A stretch of 63,688 nucleotides of DNA, filler included, from Folioceros fuciformis (Eukaryota): assembly GCA_049999805.1 (NCBI GenBank). It is 8 parts of 8 records of this genome, joined end to end, with 100 filler letters (N's around TTAATTAATTAA, not from the genome) between each part and the next. Parts side by side here need not be neighbours in the genome. Positions count along the whole stretch, not along the records: positions 1 to 18,991 come from JBNGIO010001088.1; 7 more parts are not named here. One strand, 5' to 3'. Position numbers and translations under genes: made by a program. The notes below the pieces were generated by a model, which saw only the letters and a list, made by a program, of their open reading frames with translations, was not told where the DNA came from and searched no databases. The stretch's first letter is position 1; each line of letters begins with the position of its first letter. This document shows, in pieces, positions 1 to 14,639 of the stretch.

Positions 1-3000
1 TAGGGAACAGGTGGAGCTCGGGTCCTTCCTGACCTCCGTGGCATTACAACAGGTGCTGCAGGTACTTTCGCTTCCGGGACAGATTCTCCCACAAATGTGT
101 CACCTCTTGAATAATCATCTAACACCTGCTCAGGTACATACGCTCCCTCGTCAACCAACGCATTCTCATTGAGGTCAAACGAGGCCTCCTTGTCATGAGT
201 CATGCCATGCTCCGACTGGTCAAACATAGCAGGTTCTAATGCAGATTCTGGTGCTGCTGCAGGTATTGCTATCGTATCCTCCCCTTGAGCATGAGGAGCA
301 GGCATACCTAATGATGGCTCCAGCAGAGAGACTTCATCAAATACCATACTGCGAGCATACTCCACTTGTTTAGTAAGTGGATCAAAAAGTTTGTACGCCT
401 TGATCCCGTCAGTATAGCCAATGAACACTCATTTCACTGCTCGATCCGATAGTTTAGCATGCTGCCTCTTTTGCTTAGGGACGTGGGCATAGGCGGGGGA
501 CCCAAACACTCGAAGGTGCTGAATGGAAGGCACCTTGCCACACCAGAGTTCATACGAGGTCCGTCCTTGCACAGCACTCGAAGGAAGTCGATTATGAAGG
601 TATGTTGGTGTGCTTACGGCCTCACCCCAATAGGCCAGAGGCAATTTTGCCTGTTTTAACAGTGCTCTTGTGATGTCCTGTGCAGATCTGTTCCAGCGCT
701 CAGCAACCCCATTTTGTGACGAACTGTAGGGAACAGTAAATTGCCTTGCAATCCCAAGAGATTGACAATGTGCATTAAAGGCATCGGAGTCGAACTCCCC
801 TCCATTATCAGTACGAAGGCACAAGATTTTGACTCCAACTGCCTTTCAACCAACGCCTGGTAATGTTTAAAACTGTCAAATGCCTCACTTTTGTTCCGTA
901 GCACATAGACATGTGCATACCTGCTGTAATCATCGATGAATGACAGAAAATACTTGCCTCCACTGAAAGACTCCTTGGACACTGGACCATAGAGGTCAGC
1001 ATGAACCAGTTGCAATAGTCCTGTGGCACGAGTGCCCCCACCTTTTGGGAATGCTGTAACGTGATGCTTTGCATATGTGCAGGCCTCACAAAAAGGGAGT
1101 TTTCTCAAATTCTTGGGCAACCCATCAGCATACAGGTTAGTCTTCTCCATAGCAAAGAGCTTTGTGGCATTAGGATGTCCTAATCGCATATACCAGATGT
1201 GCGTTACTCCTGCACTGTCTACTGTTGGACTGATTCCATCTACCTGTGCATATGGTATTTGCACACTTCGTGCATCCAATAGGAACAGATCGTTCACCAG
1301 CCTTCCAACTGCCAAAGTCTTTCCTAACCGACTTACAGTGCACATTCCCCGTTTGAAGACTACTTCAACGAAAACATCCTTTGTGATTTGATGCACGGAC
1401 AGTAGGTTCTTTGTGATAAAGGGCATATGTAGGACTCCAGAAAGTGTAAGGGTAGCTCCACTTTTGAGAGTTAGAATAACCTCCCCTACTCCCTTTATCT
1501 CCAGCTAGTTATTGTCGCCCAGAAGGACCTTATGTTCTGTAGTGTCTGGTATATAGTTGGTGAAAGCTGACCTGTCACAGCAGATATGGGACGTAGCCCC
1601 TAAGTCTATGTACCAGCTGCCTTCGCATGCACTGGAAGCACTCAGGCAGACTATAAGGGCCTGGTGGGCAAAGCGATGTCTTTGGAGCTTGCCAGGTTCG
1701 ATGCAACACTTCGAGGATGGTGCAACTCTCAGAGATTCTTGCCTAGGAGGAGAACAAACCACCAGGACTGAGGGCGACGTCTTCTCCTTCTTGGCCACAG
1801 AGTGCGCCTCAGGTAATGGGACTCGCCTCGGTTCCCTGTTTTTCTTCTTCCTGCAGTCTCTTTTCCAATGATTGGGAAGTCCGCACCAATTGCAATTTCC
1901 GACTCTTTTCTTAGCTCCTGACCCTTCACCAAGTCCATTAGAGGATGTCCAGTTGCTCTTGATGGCTGGCTTGCTGCCTTGTGGCAGTCCAGGTCTACAT
2001 GGCCCCTTGGGCCTAGCTGTGAAGAGTGCCTGATTTCTTGGAGGTTTAGCAGTATGTCTCGTCATCTCCTCCTCTAGGAGGGCTCCCACAAGCTCATTAA
2101 ACTCAAGTGCAGGCACCTGATTTTCATCTATATTCGCTACCAGGGCCAACTGTCTGGCCATGCGCAGCACAGTATTTTGACTGGACACGAAGTGTGAGTA
2201 ACTAGGGGGTAAGGCTGCCAGGAACCTCACACATGCATCTTGTTCATTTATCCGTGCTCCAATCTACTCTAATTTCAGTCTTGCATTTCTGAATTGTGTT
2301 ACAAACTGATCAATAGGCTCGCCTTCCCAAATCTTGAGTGAGTGAAATTTTGTTTGGGCAGCCATCCTGGTCATCATGTCCTTTGCATGGTAGACCATGG
2401 CCAGGTGGTCCCACATTTCTTTTGACGTCTTTGCATCTATGACGCTCAGAGCCATTTGCTCACTTAAGCCAATGCGGATAATTCCTTGTGCTCTCTTATC
2501 CAGCTGGTCCCAACGAAGTTGTTCAGGTGATGTGGATTTGAAGCTGAGGATATTATCATCAGGTCTTGGAATATCTCCACTGACGTGTCCCCACACACCA
2601 GCCTCCCGGAGGAAGCCTCGCATCCACATCACCAAGACATCATAGTTCGCGTCGCTGATAAGACGATCTTTGTCCTTGAAATCGATCTTAACAGCAGGGA
2701 GACGCTCAAAGTTAAGTCTATCCTGCCGCTCCTTCTCTTCGCTCTCTCTCCTTTCGTCCTCTAAATCAGCTTTAAATTTATCCTTTCTCTCTTAAAAAAA
2801 AAAAAAACGCTCACAATCAGCATCGTCCCCCATTTCAGGATGACCAGCGACCTCTTGAAAGAGGTTCCTCAAGTTTGCAAGAACCTGTACACTAGGAAAT
2901 CATTGGGCGAGAAGTGCCCTTGCGTCCTAGCTTCGCATTGATCAGGACAGACGTATCTTCTTCCTCGACGCTGCCATCTAAACCGACCACGACGCGGCTC

Positions 3001-3344
3001 CATGCTCAGCAGGTAGGACTATGATCTGGCAGTATTCCTGCCTTCCAAACAACTGGCTGCCTCATGGTTGCTGCTCCTGCAACTAGCACAATGCCCCACA
3101 GACCAAGCTTTGCTGTGCGCAGGTGTTTAAGATCAACGGAGTGCAAGTCTCGCCCGCTTGCACACTGGAAAAACACCAGCGCATGGGCCACCGAGCTAGA
3201 GCTTCTTCTCTCGCAAGCATGGCCTGGATTGCCCGCTGAATCAGAAATGCGAGCTCCTGGTCCATGAACTGGGAGAGGTAGTTCATCCACCAAATTGTAT
3301 GCTCAAGGTGTCGCCGCATCGATGCGTACGTGAATTGGAAGATG

Positions 3345-3356
3345 GCTCTGATACCA
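3345..3356 (-). other. Primer-binding site (tRNA-iMet type) of the first copia element
   Basis: Minus strand reads TGGTATCAGAGC immediately after an LTR-terminal CA. Confidence 0.9.
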
Positions 3357-3676
3357 TGTGACTAAAATGGAGAGTGCGCATAGATTCATAGGGTAGAGCT
3401 TAGTACATTGCAAGATAGCAGCGGCGTACAAGGTCTAAGGTGCTAGATAAGCACCGGTCTGATGGCGTGTAACCGCCACAACCGTTCCTAACCTAACACC
3501 TAACCTGCGGTCTAACTAAAGTTCGAAGTCATAAAATAATCTAACCTATTTACCCCTTCGTGGGGTATTAGGGTTTGCCCAACATTGCATTGCTGGAAAA
3601 TAGCTAGTAGTAGGAGGGGCAATGAATTCTAACTTGATATTCCGGAATGTGCTTATTAGATTATAGGACTCCAACA
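3357..3676 (-). repeat. 5' LTR of the first copia element (outer boundary uncertain; alternative near 3584)
   Basis: Inner end CA abuts the PBS. Candidate outer end TGTTGG on the minus strand at 3676. No second LTR in the window to confirm it. Confidence 0.55.
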
Positions 3677-5492
3677 TAGTTCAATTTTAGAGTTCAGAAT
3701 CATATGCATCTAAGGTTGGGTCTCTATTTGTTTGACTTTGAAGTTGTTGGAATTGGTGATTAGCAACAAATTCCACTATCTGAGTACGTAGACAACTTCA
3801 TTTGACATGACAATCATCAACTAAGCGCTATCGCACCTTCAGGCCAATGATTTTATGCTCTTAACAACACTAGAGAAGGTAAATACCAAACCTTGCAATT
3901 CTAGATGATGTCGGTCTAGTGAGCACAACCCATTGAGAAGAATTGACAAATATACAGACAAGCATATTGAGCACATGTCTCCCTACATCCCAATGCATGA
4001 ATGTTATGCACAATGGTTCTTGTGTAGCGAAAGAATTGAATAACTTTAACACCACCAATTGAAGCACTATTGAGGTCAAGCTTTCTCTAACTCCACAAAC
4101 CACATAATGTGATGAAAGTTTTGTCTACAATTTGGAGGACAATTTTTTTTCATAGTGTGCGCTGCTATGGTGAAAGGTTCACCGAACCAAATAAGGCATC
4201 GCTAGAAATCGTGAAGGAATATGTCGTCTCATATGTGAAGAAAAAGAGATTAAAAAATGGCGGACACTTTTTATCCAATTTGGCATACCATAGTTACACG
4301 CACCAGACAGCCCCGTTTTTGTGAAGTTGGAAACCCCCTGTTTCGTGCATATCACTCTCCTTTTTTTCCATTTCGTGCGTACGTTGATACATTTATTCCA
4401 TTTTGTGGTTATGTTTATGCATTTATTCCATTTCGTACAAATGTTTGCAGTCTTGCACTTACAGGTAGGCAGGTCACAACATTGCAACATAAAAAACGAA
4501 AGAGGTTGCGGTCCGCATCGGCTTTTGCCCGCCAAAACGTGTCATTTCACACTTTTCTTCTCACAGCAAGGCCATGGCCCGTTGGCTGTCCTGATCCGCC
4601 CGATCGGGAGCTGCCTTGTGCGGATTTCATCCTCTCGAGCTCATCCTCTCGAGCTTCTCGTCAAGAATCGTTGGAAGCTTTGGAGGCTCTGGATTCCTGA
4701 AGTTTGAAAGGTTGGGGTAGTGGACCAAGTAAGCATCCACGACAGCTGTTACGGTGAGCATCAGAAGTGTGGATCGGAGGAGGGAGTGACAGATCCAACG
4801 CTTTTTTGCGGATCTGCGCCTTGCCGAATGCGGTGTCCTGACCAATTCGGATGTGGGTAATTTGCCAGTGGAAGTGGCATTAATGCCAGGTAGCTGTCGC
4901 AGCGGATGGCCTGGGTGAGGGCACATGCCGGAGACACGGTGGGAGGTAGCTCTCCTGATAGAGGTAAGGCCTGTCAACTCCTCCCGGTAGCCTTGCTGCA
5001 ATGTGGTCTTGGACATGTGGTGGGAATCAGATTCAATAATGGTCAGTGTTCAGTCAGGGGGAGTCTGTTTCCTGTCTGACACCGTCTCCTGGGAATTTGT
5101 GGGAACCTGTTCTCAATCGAGGTACTCAGTTTGTACCCAAGGGTGCATGCAGAGAGTCCCCCGCATCTGGACTCCCTGTTGGTTTTTTATGTTGAGAAGT
5201 CAGACTTTTCGGTTCAGGTTTAATGGCAGCAGTAGGTTAGTGATGAGGATGTGCCGATCCCAAGTTCATTCATATGGTCTGTGTGGATCGCCACCGGTGG
5301 CGCAGTTCGTTCTATGAGGAGCGTAATCAACACCGTATGTTTGACATATATTTTCGAAGTTTGCAGGTTTTGGGAGATGTTCTTTGGAAAGTCATCTATG
5401 GGCTGGAGCTTACTGACACATTTCCTGACAAGTTCAATCGACGAGGCATAAGGGACATCCTTATGTGTGTGGTAGCAGATTAAGGCTGCAAA

Positions 5493-8400
5493 ATGGAGTC
5501 ATTGCTTGCGAAGGCACTCGAATCCAAGTTGAAATATTGGCTCAAGACATTCACCAGGGACCAATTCAAGTTACAGGGCCGAAGTGTCTTATTGAGCAAC
5601 CTTGGTGCGGCTCTCTATCTTTGTATTGGTGGCGTTCGTGGCATGCTGACGCACTTTCCTCCCAATCCCTCAAGCTTTACTTAGGGTAGAGTGCGTGCTT
5701 TGATGTCAGACCTCAATGGGGATGTTCTGCATGCAAGCATCGGATTGCCAGCAGCCGTACGTGTTGAAAGAGCTAGTGTTAGCAGGTTTGAGCTGAAGGT
5801 ACGTACTTTGCAGTACGCTTTTTCTCTGTGTATCAGGACTCCTGTTCTCCGTGTTCTTCTTCCACTATTTTCATGCTTGTCACCCATATTCTCAGTCGAT
5901 GCTCACGTCCATCCCACTAATAAGTGTGATTACATGATGTATCGTACTTTCAGCTCCCGTCCTTTTCAAATGTGAAGGCAGAGCCAACCGTGGTTGAAAT
6001 TGATAAGCTATACCTTGTACTTGTGGAAAAGTCTGCTAATGAGGGCACTCCTGTCGCTGGGTACTTACTGTACCAAGTCTTGTTAGTCAGTCTGTTCACG
6101 TGGGCATAGCGTAACAGAGGGCCCTTGCTCTGTTTAGATAGGGCTCTGAGTCGTCTTGCCTGGTTGCAGGAGCCAGCCATCAGCGCCAACAGTAAAAAGT
6201 ACAGCCTATGGTCTCGCTGACAAGGTCTGTTATGCTGGCCGTCCGGGTACCTTTTCTGTGCGGCGTGACCCTTGTGAATTTGCTGTTTTGAGGATAGTAC
6301 AGACTGTCCCTTATTCGCTGAGCGATTCTCTCCTTCTACAGATTGCGGATGGGATGACTATCAGAGTTGGTACGGTGAATTTGACTCTGGAGACAAGAGG
6401 TGGTAGTGCAGGGCATGGAGGTGCTGCTTGGTAGGTAGTTTTGTAGTGCTTTCTGTAGACACACAAGTCTCTCAACTTTCATTCAGTGCGATATCAGATT
6501 CTGTTTTTCTTGTTCTTTTGTTTTTACAGGACTCCTCCTTTGGCTTCTGTCACAATCTGTAATCTTGTCCTTTACACCACGAATGAACGGTGGAAGGTGC
6601 CTAAGTCTTTGATCATGTAGCTATTTGACAAATGATGTCTGTATCTGCGTTATTTGGTGAAAGGTAGCACGTCAGATCCTAACGATCTCCAATTTTGTGT
6701 GGCAGGTCGTGTCTTTGAATGAAGCGCGAGACTACTCCAAAAAAAAGAATTGTATCTACGTATTTAAGGTGAGTAGATAGAAATTGGAACTCCTCTCACG
6801 AGACTCCAGATTTGAGACAAGAGGTTTACATGCAACATGTTGGCATTCTGCAGAAACTGGAATGGGAGTCACTTTCAATAGATCTTCTCCCACATCCTGA
6901 TATGTTCAAGGATGATCGAATAACGAGTCCAAATCTTGGGGACCCTACTCGAGATAATGATGGTGCCAGAAGGTTGTTCTTTGGGGGGGAGCGCTTCTTG
7001 GACAAAATATCTGGAGCAGCTAATGTAGGAAGTCTATATGCACAGCCTTCAAAGCAGTCAGCAGTCAGCAGGCCCACCGGATGTCATGTTCTATGGATGT
7101 AGACTTAGGGTCATCAGTGTGTGGCTGATTTTTTTTCATAATTCACCGCAGTCTCAGACACCGTCAAAGCAAGGTAGTGCCCATGTACTGAGCCGGTGTC
7201 ATTTATCTCATTTCAGATCACCATGCAAAGGACAGAACAAAACAATCCCTTAGCACTTGAGGTGCAATTACATCTGCCCGAGGCTCTTTGCCCTTCATTG
7301 AGTGAACCAGGTGGCCACCTCCATTTCTTTCTTTGTCTATGCGGAAACTAGTTCTTTCCAAGCTTAGTCATTCAGCATTTGACTGATCTTCCTCTGTGCA
7401 GGTTTGCGGGCATTGTTGCGGTTTATGACAGGGATTTACGTTTGCCTCAACAGAGTTGATGTAGATCCTAAGACCCAGCAGGTATAGGTTTTACGAACTG
7501 GGCATTATCAGTTAGAGCGTCTCCTCTGGTTATCTATAACTGTGTAGTTGCTGTTGACGACGGTTTGCACTATTTTCACTGAAGGGATATGGCGTTCTTT
7601 ACAATTTTCCCCAGTATAGATGAGGTGATGATTGCTGCTGTTTTCAGTCCACAGATGCTGCAGGGCGATCAATGGTGGCAGTGCACGTGGAACACATTTT
7701 TTTATGCATCAAAGAACCAGGTCCTGTTGAGCTGTTTGGCACTATGTTTTGTGAATCCTATACGTAGTTCTGACGGTATCAAAGACGGGTGGGTGCAGAA
7801 TTCCAGCTTGAGCTTCTAATGCAGTCATTGCATTATGTGCGGGTATTGCACTGAACCTAAGCTTTTGCGTCAGCAGCTCGCCATTGCAATCAGCGATTTG
7901 CTTTGGCTGCGATGCATTCCTGATAGGCACCCTGTCTGATTGCTATCCTCTGCAGGCCACCGCTGGGATTGGAGATAACATTCAATCTATGGTTCGACTT
8001 GAATTAGGTGCCATTTTTTTGAGGTACAGGCTGAAAATTATTTGTTTTCCGTTCAATGCTGGAGCCTGATCTTTTAACTGAGATTTGTTGATGTCGTCTG
8101 GTCATTGCTGGACCCTGGTCTGTTTATATGTAGTACTGCCTTGTCTATTTGCATAGGGATGGGTTTTCTCGACCAACATGCACGCTCATTCAGCCAAGTA
8201 TGCGAAATATCCCGACTGATTTTCCACCAGTTCCATCATTTGGTACATGAACACAACTTACGTCTTCTTCTCTCCTCTAGTCTTTAGAGTAAATGTGAGT
8301 TTTTGTTTAGTTTTAAATTTGATGTTTCTGGGCATAATTTTTGGCAGCTAGTGAAAAGTCCTGGCCAAGGGCTTATCCTCTTGAAAATCAGCTCATTCCA

Positions 8401-11400
8401 AGAGGAGGAGCACCACCAATGCTGTGCATGTACTCTTCACAAACGACGCCTTCTCCCTTGCCACCTGCTCTTGCTTCTCAGATGGTTGTCCAGTGCCAGC
8501 CTTTAAAGGTATTTATGGGAGATCTCAATTGAAAGCCTAAGCAGGCCATGGGCAAGTAAGATGTGGTTTGAAGGAAAATGTGTATACGCAAGTGATGTAC
8601 CTTGATTTGTGCAGATCAATCTCCAAGAGCAGTCCTGTAAACGTATTGCTTCCTTTATAGCAGATGGCATTGTTGTTGAGCCAGGCGTTGTTTTGCCTGA
8701 TGCCTCCTTGAATGGGTTCTACTTCAATCTCAAGGAATTCGATGCAACTATCCCGTTAAACAATGAAAATGGTTCTGGTGAGGATAAAACTCGCCTGGAG
8801 AAAGGGTTCACAGGAGCTAGGCTTCATGTTGAAGGCTTTGTAGTTGCACAGAGTCCCCTCTTAACCTACAAGTTGTTGCAGCTTGACAAAGATCCAGCAT
8901 GCTTTGCTTTTTGGAAAGGTCAAGCTATTGATGCCAGCCAGCAGAGATGGGTCATGCGAGCATCTCGGATAAGTGTTGCCTTGGAGACAGAGAGCTGTGA
9001 TGACCTAGCACAAAGTATGAACTCCGAGGACTGGGCTGCAGGGTTGTGGATTTGTGTTGAAATGCTTGACCCGGTGGTGGAGATTGCTATGGTCAGCAAT
9101 GACGGGTCAGCCTTGGTAACCTTGCCTCCCCCGGGTGGGACAGTTAGGGTGGGTATCGCTTGCAAAAGATATATATCCAACACGTCCTCAGAACAGCTGC
9201 TGTTTGTGCTTAAGATGTATGCGTATATGGTGAAAGCCAGCGAGTCACTGTTGGGAGTCGGTTGTCCATCAAATGCAGGGGTACCGGAAGGTAGATCTGC
9301 CATGCAGGAGACCTCTTTTGTTGACTCCTCAAGTTTGCTAGCCCTGGCCCCAGCTGACACAGCCGTGACCCTAACGCTAAATGTCGTTGAGCTGAAGGTG
9401 CTGGAATCGGTACCAGGCCAAATCACTGTGGAGGGCCCAGTCCTGGTGCACATCCTGAGCAGTGGAATTTGTCTACGAGTATCGCACAGGGCATTTGGTG
9501 GAGCAGCGGAGGTGTCTTCTACACTTCGCTGGCAAGGCATTCATGTTGAATGCGTCGAGACGCACTTGGACGGTTCTTTATTAGACCCTCTTCAGACTCC
9601 TCTGAGCCGGCATTCCAGCTTGCAACAGTCAGTGCCTGGAGGAGATGGGCTCCCGATCAAATCCGCAATCCCGGACATGCGTGCTGTGTTTTGGGTTGGT
9701 GAAAAGATTGGCGACAAGCTGCCAAATAAAGACGCTTTTAACAACGGAGATGTGCCTCCGTTTCTCGATGTTAGCGTCACCAACTTCATTCCATACAAGG
9801 CAGATGGGGAGAGTCACACCCTCAAAGTATCTGCCAAAGTGGCGGGCATTCGGTTAGGAGGTGGAATGGTTTACAATGAGGCTCTCTTGCATCGTTTTGG
9901 TGTACTAGGACCTGACGGCGGGCCAGGGGAGGATGTGACAAAGTTACTGAAAACCTTGTCAAAAGGCCCACTGGCGGATGTTTTCAAGCCTTCTCCAATG
10001 CCCGCAGCGACGAATGAGGGTAAGCAACGTCCTGTGGATAGCATTTCATGTTGGCCACATTGTACACCAAACCTTGTTTCGGTGCGTCAAGTACACCTCA
10101 GAATGCCTACTTTGTGCTTTTAGGGAGCACCTCGAGTGTGAAGGAGGATGACGAATCTTGGGAAGTGAACATGCCAGACAACATTGATCTGGACCTACAA
10201 CTCCAGGACTGGCTTTTGGTTCTTGAAGGCCTGGATGGTCTGACGGATGGAAAGTCTTCATTATCAAAGATGAACACAACTCAGGCCTGGCAAGAGAATT
10301 GCTGGCATTCTACATTTAGATGTTTGAGGATCGTAGCTTGCTCTGATGACAAACCTGTTGCGTTGGGCCAATCTAATGGTGTTGGAAAGAGCACTTCATT
10401 TCCAGTATCCAAAATCACAGTAAGTGCTATGCTGCGCTGTCCTTCTTCAAAGGTTCCTGATTGGGTATAGTTACGAAGTTTAAGGAGGTATAGTGATAGA
10501 TCGGCGATGCGACTGTGTAGCAACTTTTCAATTGTGCAGGTGTGGTCCTTGTGCAGATGCATATCGAGGGACTTCGAGCCCTCAAACCTCGCTCTGTCGA
10601 GCACAGTGGAGATGCTGCGGATGAAATGTATCTTGGTAGACCGGGTGAGAAGTTGCCTGATACAATAGCAGGTGGACTCAGGGACAAGCCGAGTACTGGA
10701 GTGAGTTCCAAGGCGAGAAGCAGAGGTGGATTGGATCTCGATGTGCGATTAGTTGCAAGAGCAGACCCAAGTGACGCAGACTTGGGTATGGGGGAATGGA
10801 CCGTGGACAGTGTCCGCTTAGCCGTGGAGGAACCGGTGAAGAATCAATCCTTGTTACCTTCATGCGTAGCCCACAACAACTTGCTTTCACCGACGTGGAT
10901 AATTGACTTCATGGATTGCCCTGCAGGTGGAAGTGGAAGCAACCAAATCTGAGGTGGAGTTTCTTATCGATCTTTGCAAGGCAGAGATCGAGTCGGCCAG
11001 CAGAATTGCCGCTGGAGGAATCAAGCTTCTGAACCTCCCGATCGGGCAGTCTGCCATTGAGCAGCTCAGTAACGTGGGTAAGTACCAAGGTTTGTGCAGT
11101 TAACGTGGAATCCTGTTACGCATCAAGTGCAAAGCTGACCCACAGCGACGCAGGAAGTGGAAGCTTGGAGAAGCTGCTTACTCCCGAAAGGGCACGCAGG
11201 AGCACCAGCGAGTGTCTAACTCCAGACCGACACCGTGGGGACAGCGAGATCCTAACTCCTACGGCCCATAGGCGCTCCACTCTTGGGACAGGACACTCTG
11301 ACGAGAAGATAGCTGCACTGGAGGCAGCCGCAAGCAAATCCCAGCTCCTGCTAGCCAAAATCCAACAACGTGGGACCTGCGATGGGACAAACGCACAAGT

Positions 11401-11509
11401 GGACAGTACACATGACTTTACATCATCACCAGAACTTGCCCAGCTTGGTGAGCAGCTACGCCACATGCAAACCCTCCTGTCTAGCCTTAGGAGTTCACCT
11501 TTTCCGTGA
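5493..11509 (+). CDS. Multi-exon chorein-N (VPS13-like N-terminus) bridge-like lipid transfer protein, BLTP3/UHRF1BP1/SHIP164-like
   Basis: Starts MESLLAKALESKLKYWLKTFTRDQFKLQGRSVLLSNL|DLNGDVLHASIGLP, matching the plant chorein-N family. Many short GT-AG introns, large exon ~8615-10020, coiled-coil-like C-terminus, TGA at 11507-11509. Confidence 0.85.
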
Positions 11510-12343
11510 CCTTCTGTCCTCTTGCTACTGTCAATCCCAGAGTGTCCCCTGGACACACCTGCCGGCGGCAATTAATATGGGATATCCTGGTGGGGACCCA
11601 GTCGACAATTCGGGCTCTTTGCCCTCCCTTCTTTTTCTTCATCTGTACTCCGGCGCACTGTGACATAGCCGGCATGCGCAGGATGAGCTGTTCAGGAATT
11701 GAGGGTGGCACATGTGTCGCCATGTCATCTCCTGCCTCTGGGCACGCTCACCTAAAAATTCACGATCGGCAGCTCTTGGATTGCAGGCCCCAATTCCTTC
11801 TCATTGTTTTTCTTCCTTGGAAACCAATCCAGCCTGCAGTCGCTCTCCAGTTTTTTGTCGTACTGGAGCATGTGAACCTGTTGGCCGGGACTAGAGTTGT
11901 GGACGCATCCTATGTTAGAAGCTGCTTGGAGGAGAAAGGACGTGGGGCGTGCGCTCACTCTGTTTTGACAGTTACTGTCCTTCTGAGGTCATTGGCCAGT
12001 ATGGCGGGACCCGCTAGGAACAGGCTGCATGTTGTAACTTGTGGGCCACGACGTGGACGTCGCCTTCGCGCGACCTGCTTTGGCCGCGTGATGAATCCCG
12101 TCTCGGAGTGCGCGCGGAGGCTGGAGACTCGAGAAGGGTTTTTGTAAGCTCTGCTGACACGCGTAATTCATACCTTCACCTAACGGTAAGACGGAGTGGA
12201 AACGAGCGGGACGAGAGCGGTGTCTGCTGTGTCGGCTCGGGCGCCAAGCAACCTGAAGACTCGGGCTCGACTTGCGGATTTTGGCCGCCTCCTTGCATTT
12301 GAAGCTGCTTGCGAGATCTGTGTTTGCTTTCCGCCGGGGAGCG

Positions 12344-14639
12344 ATGGGCAGGGTGGGAGCGTTCGATCTGGCCACAGGCACAGGAGGGTACATCGCGCGC
12401 GATCAGATGGTCTCGGCTGTCGACACGTACGGCTCTTCGGCCAGCTTGGGCTCGCGCTCATGGCGGGGGCCTCTGGAGCTTGGGACGCTTTGGATCCTGG
12501 TGGGAAATGCACGTTTTTCTCATGCATGCGTGCCTGCAGGTACGAGAAGTACCACACTGAACACGGCGGGGATGAAGAGGAGCGCAAGGCCAACTACACG
12601 GACATGGTAGGCACATTGCCGCCCTGTCGCGCGTGTCGGGTGCAGGATGTGGGCTAGACGGAAGGGAGTTTTTGCCAGGAATGGTGTTGTAAGGGGTGTG
12701 CGTGTTTCAGGTGAACAAGTACTACGATCTGGTCACCAGTTTCTACGAGTTCGGATGGGGTCAGTCGTTCCACTTCGCTCCAAGGTGCGCGTCCGTGCTG
12801 CTGTGCTGCAATGTTTGTAAGGGCGTCGGCCGTGGAGCCATCCTGATTGATGTGCCTGAATTGGAACTGGCAGATGGACTGGAGAATCTTTGCGGGAGAG
12901 CATCAAGAGACATGAACATTATCTTGCGCTTCACCTTGGTTTGAAGCCAGGCATGAAGGTAGTGGCGCGCGTTGGCTGTCGCTCTGGCGATAATCTGGAG
13001 GAGAGGGCAAAGTTCGGGTCGTTTTCACCAGTTTGCTTGCGTGTTCTAGGTATTGGATGTTGGCTGTGGAGTTGGTGGGCCGCTTAGGGAGATTGCCCAA
13101 TTCAGGTGCGCTGTGAATTCTGCATGTTGTGCGACTTTTTAGTGAAATGTTGAACATTTCTTGCAAATTGTTTCTGGGATGTGGTCTGCGCACAAAACTG
13201 CGACCTCACTCACTCCTGCGTCTTTCATGCAGCGGCGCACACATTACGGGATTGAACAACAATGCGTATCAAATATCCCGTGGGAAGGTAGGTGGAAAGG
13301 CGGCAAACTTGTAGGCTTCCCTCCCTGCAGCAACTGGTTCTATCAGTTCTCAACAGCTCTTTTCACTCCATCATCTCTGTATGTTCCAGGAACTGAACCG
13401 GAAGATAGGCTTGGATCTCACGTGTGACTTTCTCAAAGTAAGCTGATTGAAATTTAGCTCTTATTAATTCTATTTATACCTATGGTGCCTCTGGTCCTTT
13501 TGAGGGGCTGCTCGGGTGATTTACTGTCCTTCTCCACGGAACATTGTCATTCAGGCAGACTTTATGAAGATGCCTGTGGAAGATAACACGTATGATGCTG
13601 TGTACACAATTGAGGCTACCTGTCACGCACCTGATCCGGTATGTTCCGACGTGCACCTTCACTGAATCATCTCCGGATTCTCAACGCACTCTTTTTCATC
13701 CAACCGTTTCTTAACTGTCGTTTGTAGGTGGCATGCTACAAGGAAGTCAAACGTGTGCTCAAGCCTGGCCAGCTGTTTGCTGGGTATGAGTGGTGCATGA
13801 CCGACGCATTTGATCCGAAGAATCCAGAGCATCTGCGCATAAAGGTGATACATGATCTTAATTCTGACAAGACAGCCATACCCTACTCAAACCTGGATTT
13901 ATGCGTCCTCGACCTGTCATGGATATCTTCAAGTTACACCTTCGTAAATGCCGGGGCTATCCATTGCAGGCAGATATTGAGCTCGGAGATGGATTACCCG
14001 ACATACGTACAACTAAACAGTGCCTTGCAGCTTTTCTTGAAGCAGGATTCGAAGTAAGATCACTTGTAATAAGTTTGGGCCGTTTCTATGGTTTGTAGTG
14101 TGTTGCAGGGTCTATTGTACGTGTGTCTATAAGCTGAGAACAGCTGGAACGGCTTGAACGTGTCATCTTGACACCCTTCGCTATGCCTTTCAGGTTCTAC
14201 TAGAAGAGGACTTGGCGAAGACTGGGCAAATCCCGTGGTATTTACCGCTAGATCCCAATCACTTCTCTCTTAGCAGCTTCCGCCTCACAAAGATAGGCCG
14301 CCTCGTAACACACAACATGGTAGGGATCATTGAGCTGCTGAGACTGATGGTGAATAAGCAGTAGCTTATCAGTGTCCTTTCTAACTGCGGTCGTCCTATT
14401 TCAGGTTAGGGTAATGGAGGCCCTTAGAATTGCTCCTGAGGGAAGTGTAAGGGTCAGTACCTTTCTCTTGTCAGCTGCAAACGGGCTTGTGGAAGGTGGC
14501 AGGTATGTTGCGCTATCTTCCATCTAGGACTGCAATAGTTTTTGGTCATGGTCACAGCACTCATCTGCAACTGTTGAACCTGTTCAGGAAGGAAATCTTC
14601 ACTCCAGCCTACTTCTTCTTAGTACGAAAGCCTCTGTAG
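12344..14639 (+). CDS. SMT1: Cycloartenol/sterol C24-methyltransferase 1 (multi-exon)
   Basis: Spliced exons give [50 protein letters not shown]-binding [23 protein letters not shown] and ELGDGLP. Ends [12 protein letters not shown]. Confidence 0.95.

Larger units (their letters stand above)
1..3676 (-). mobile_element. Degenerate Ty1/copia LTR retrotransposon, 5' half (LTR-PBS-leader-gag-PR-IN); runs off the window start
   Basis: Minus-strand fragments in copia order: gag (2264-2635), zinc knuckle CNWCGLPNHWKRDC, protease WYIDLGATSHIC, integrase WYMRLGHPN/LVHADLYGP/LRTDNGGEF/NGVAERWNR. Interrupted by stops and frameshifts. PBS and LTR lie upstream. Confidence 0.93.
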
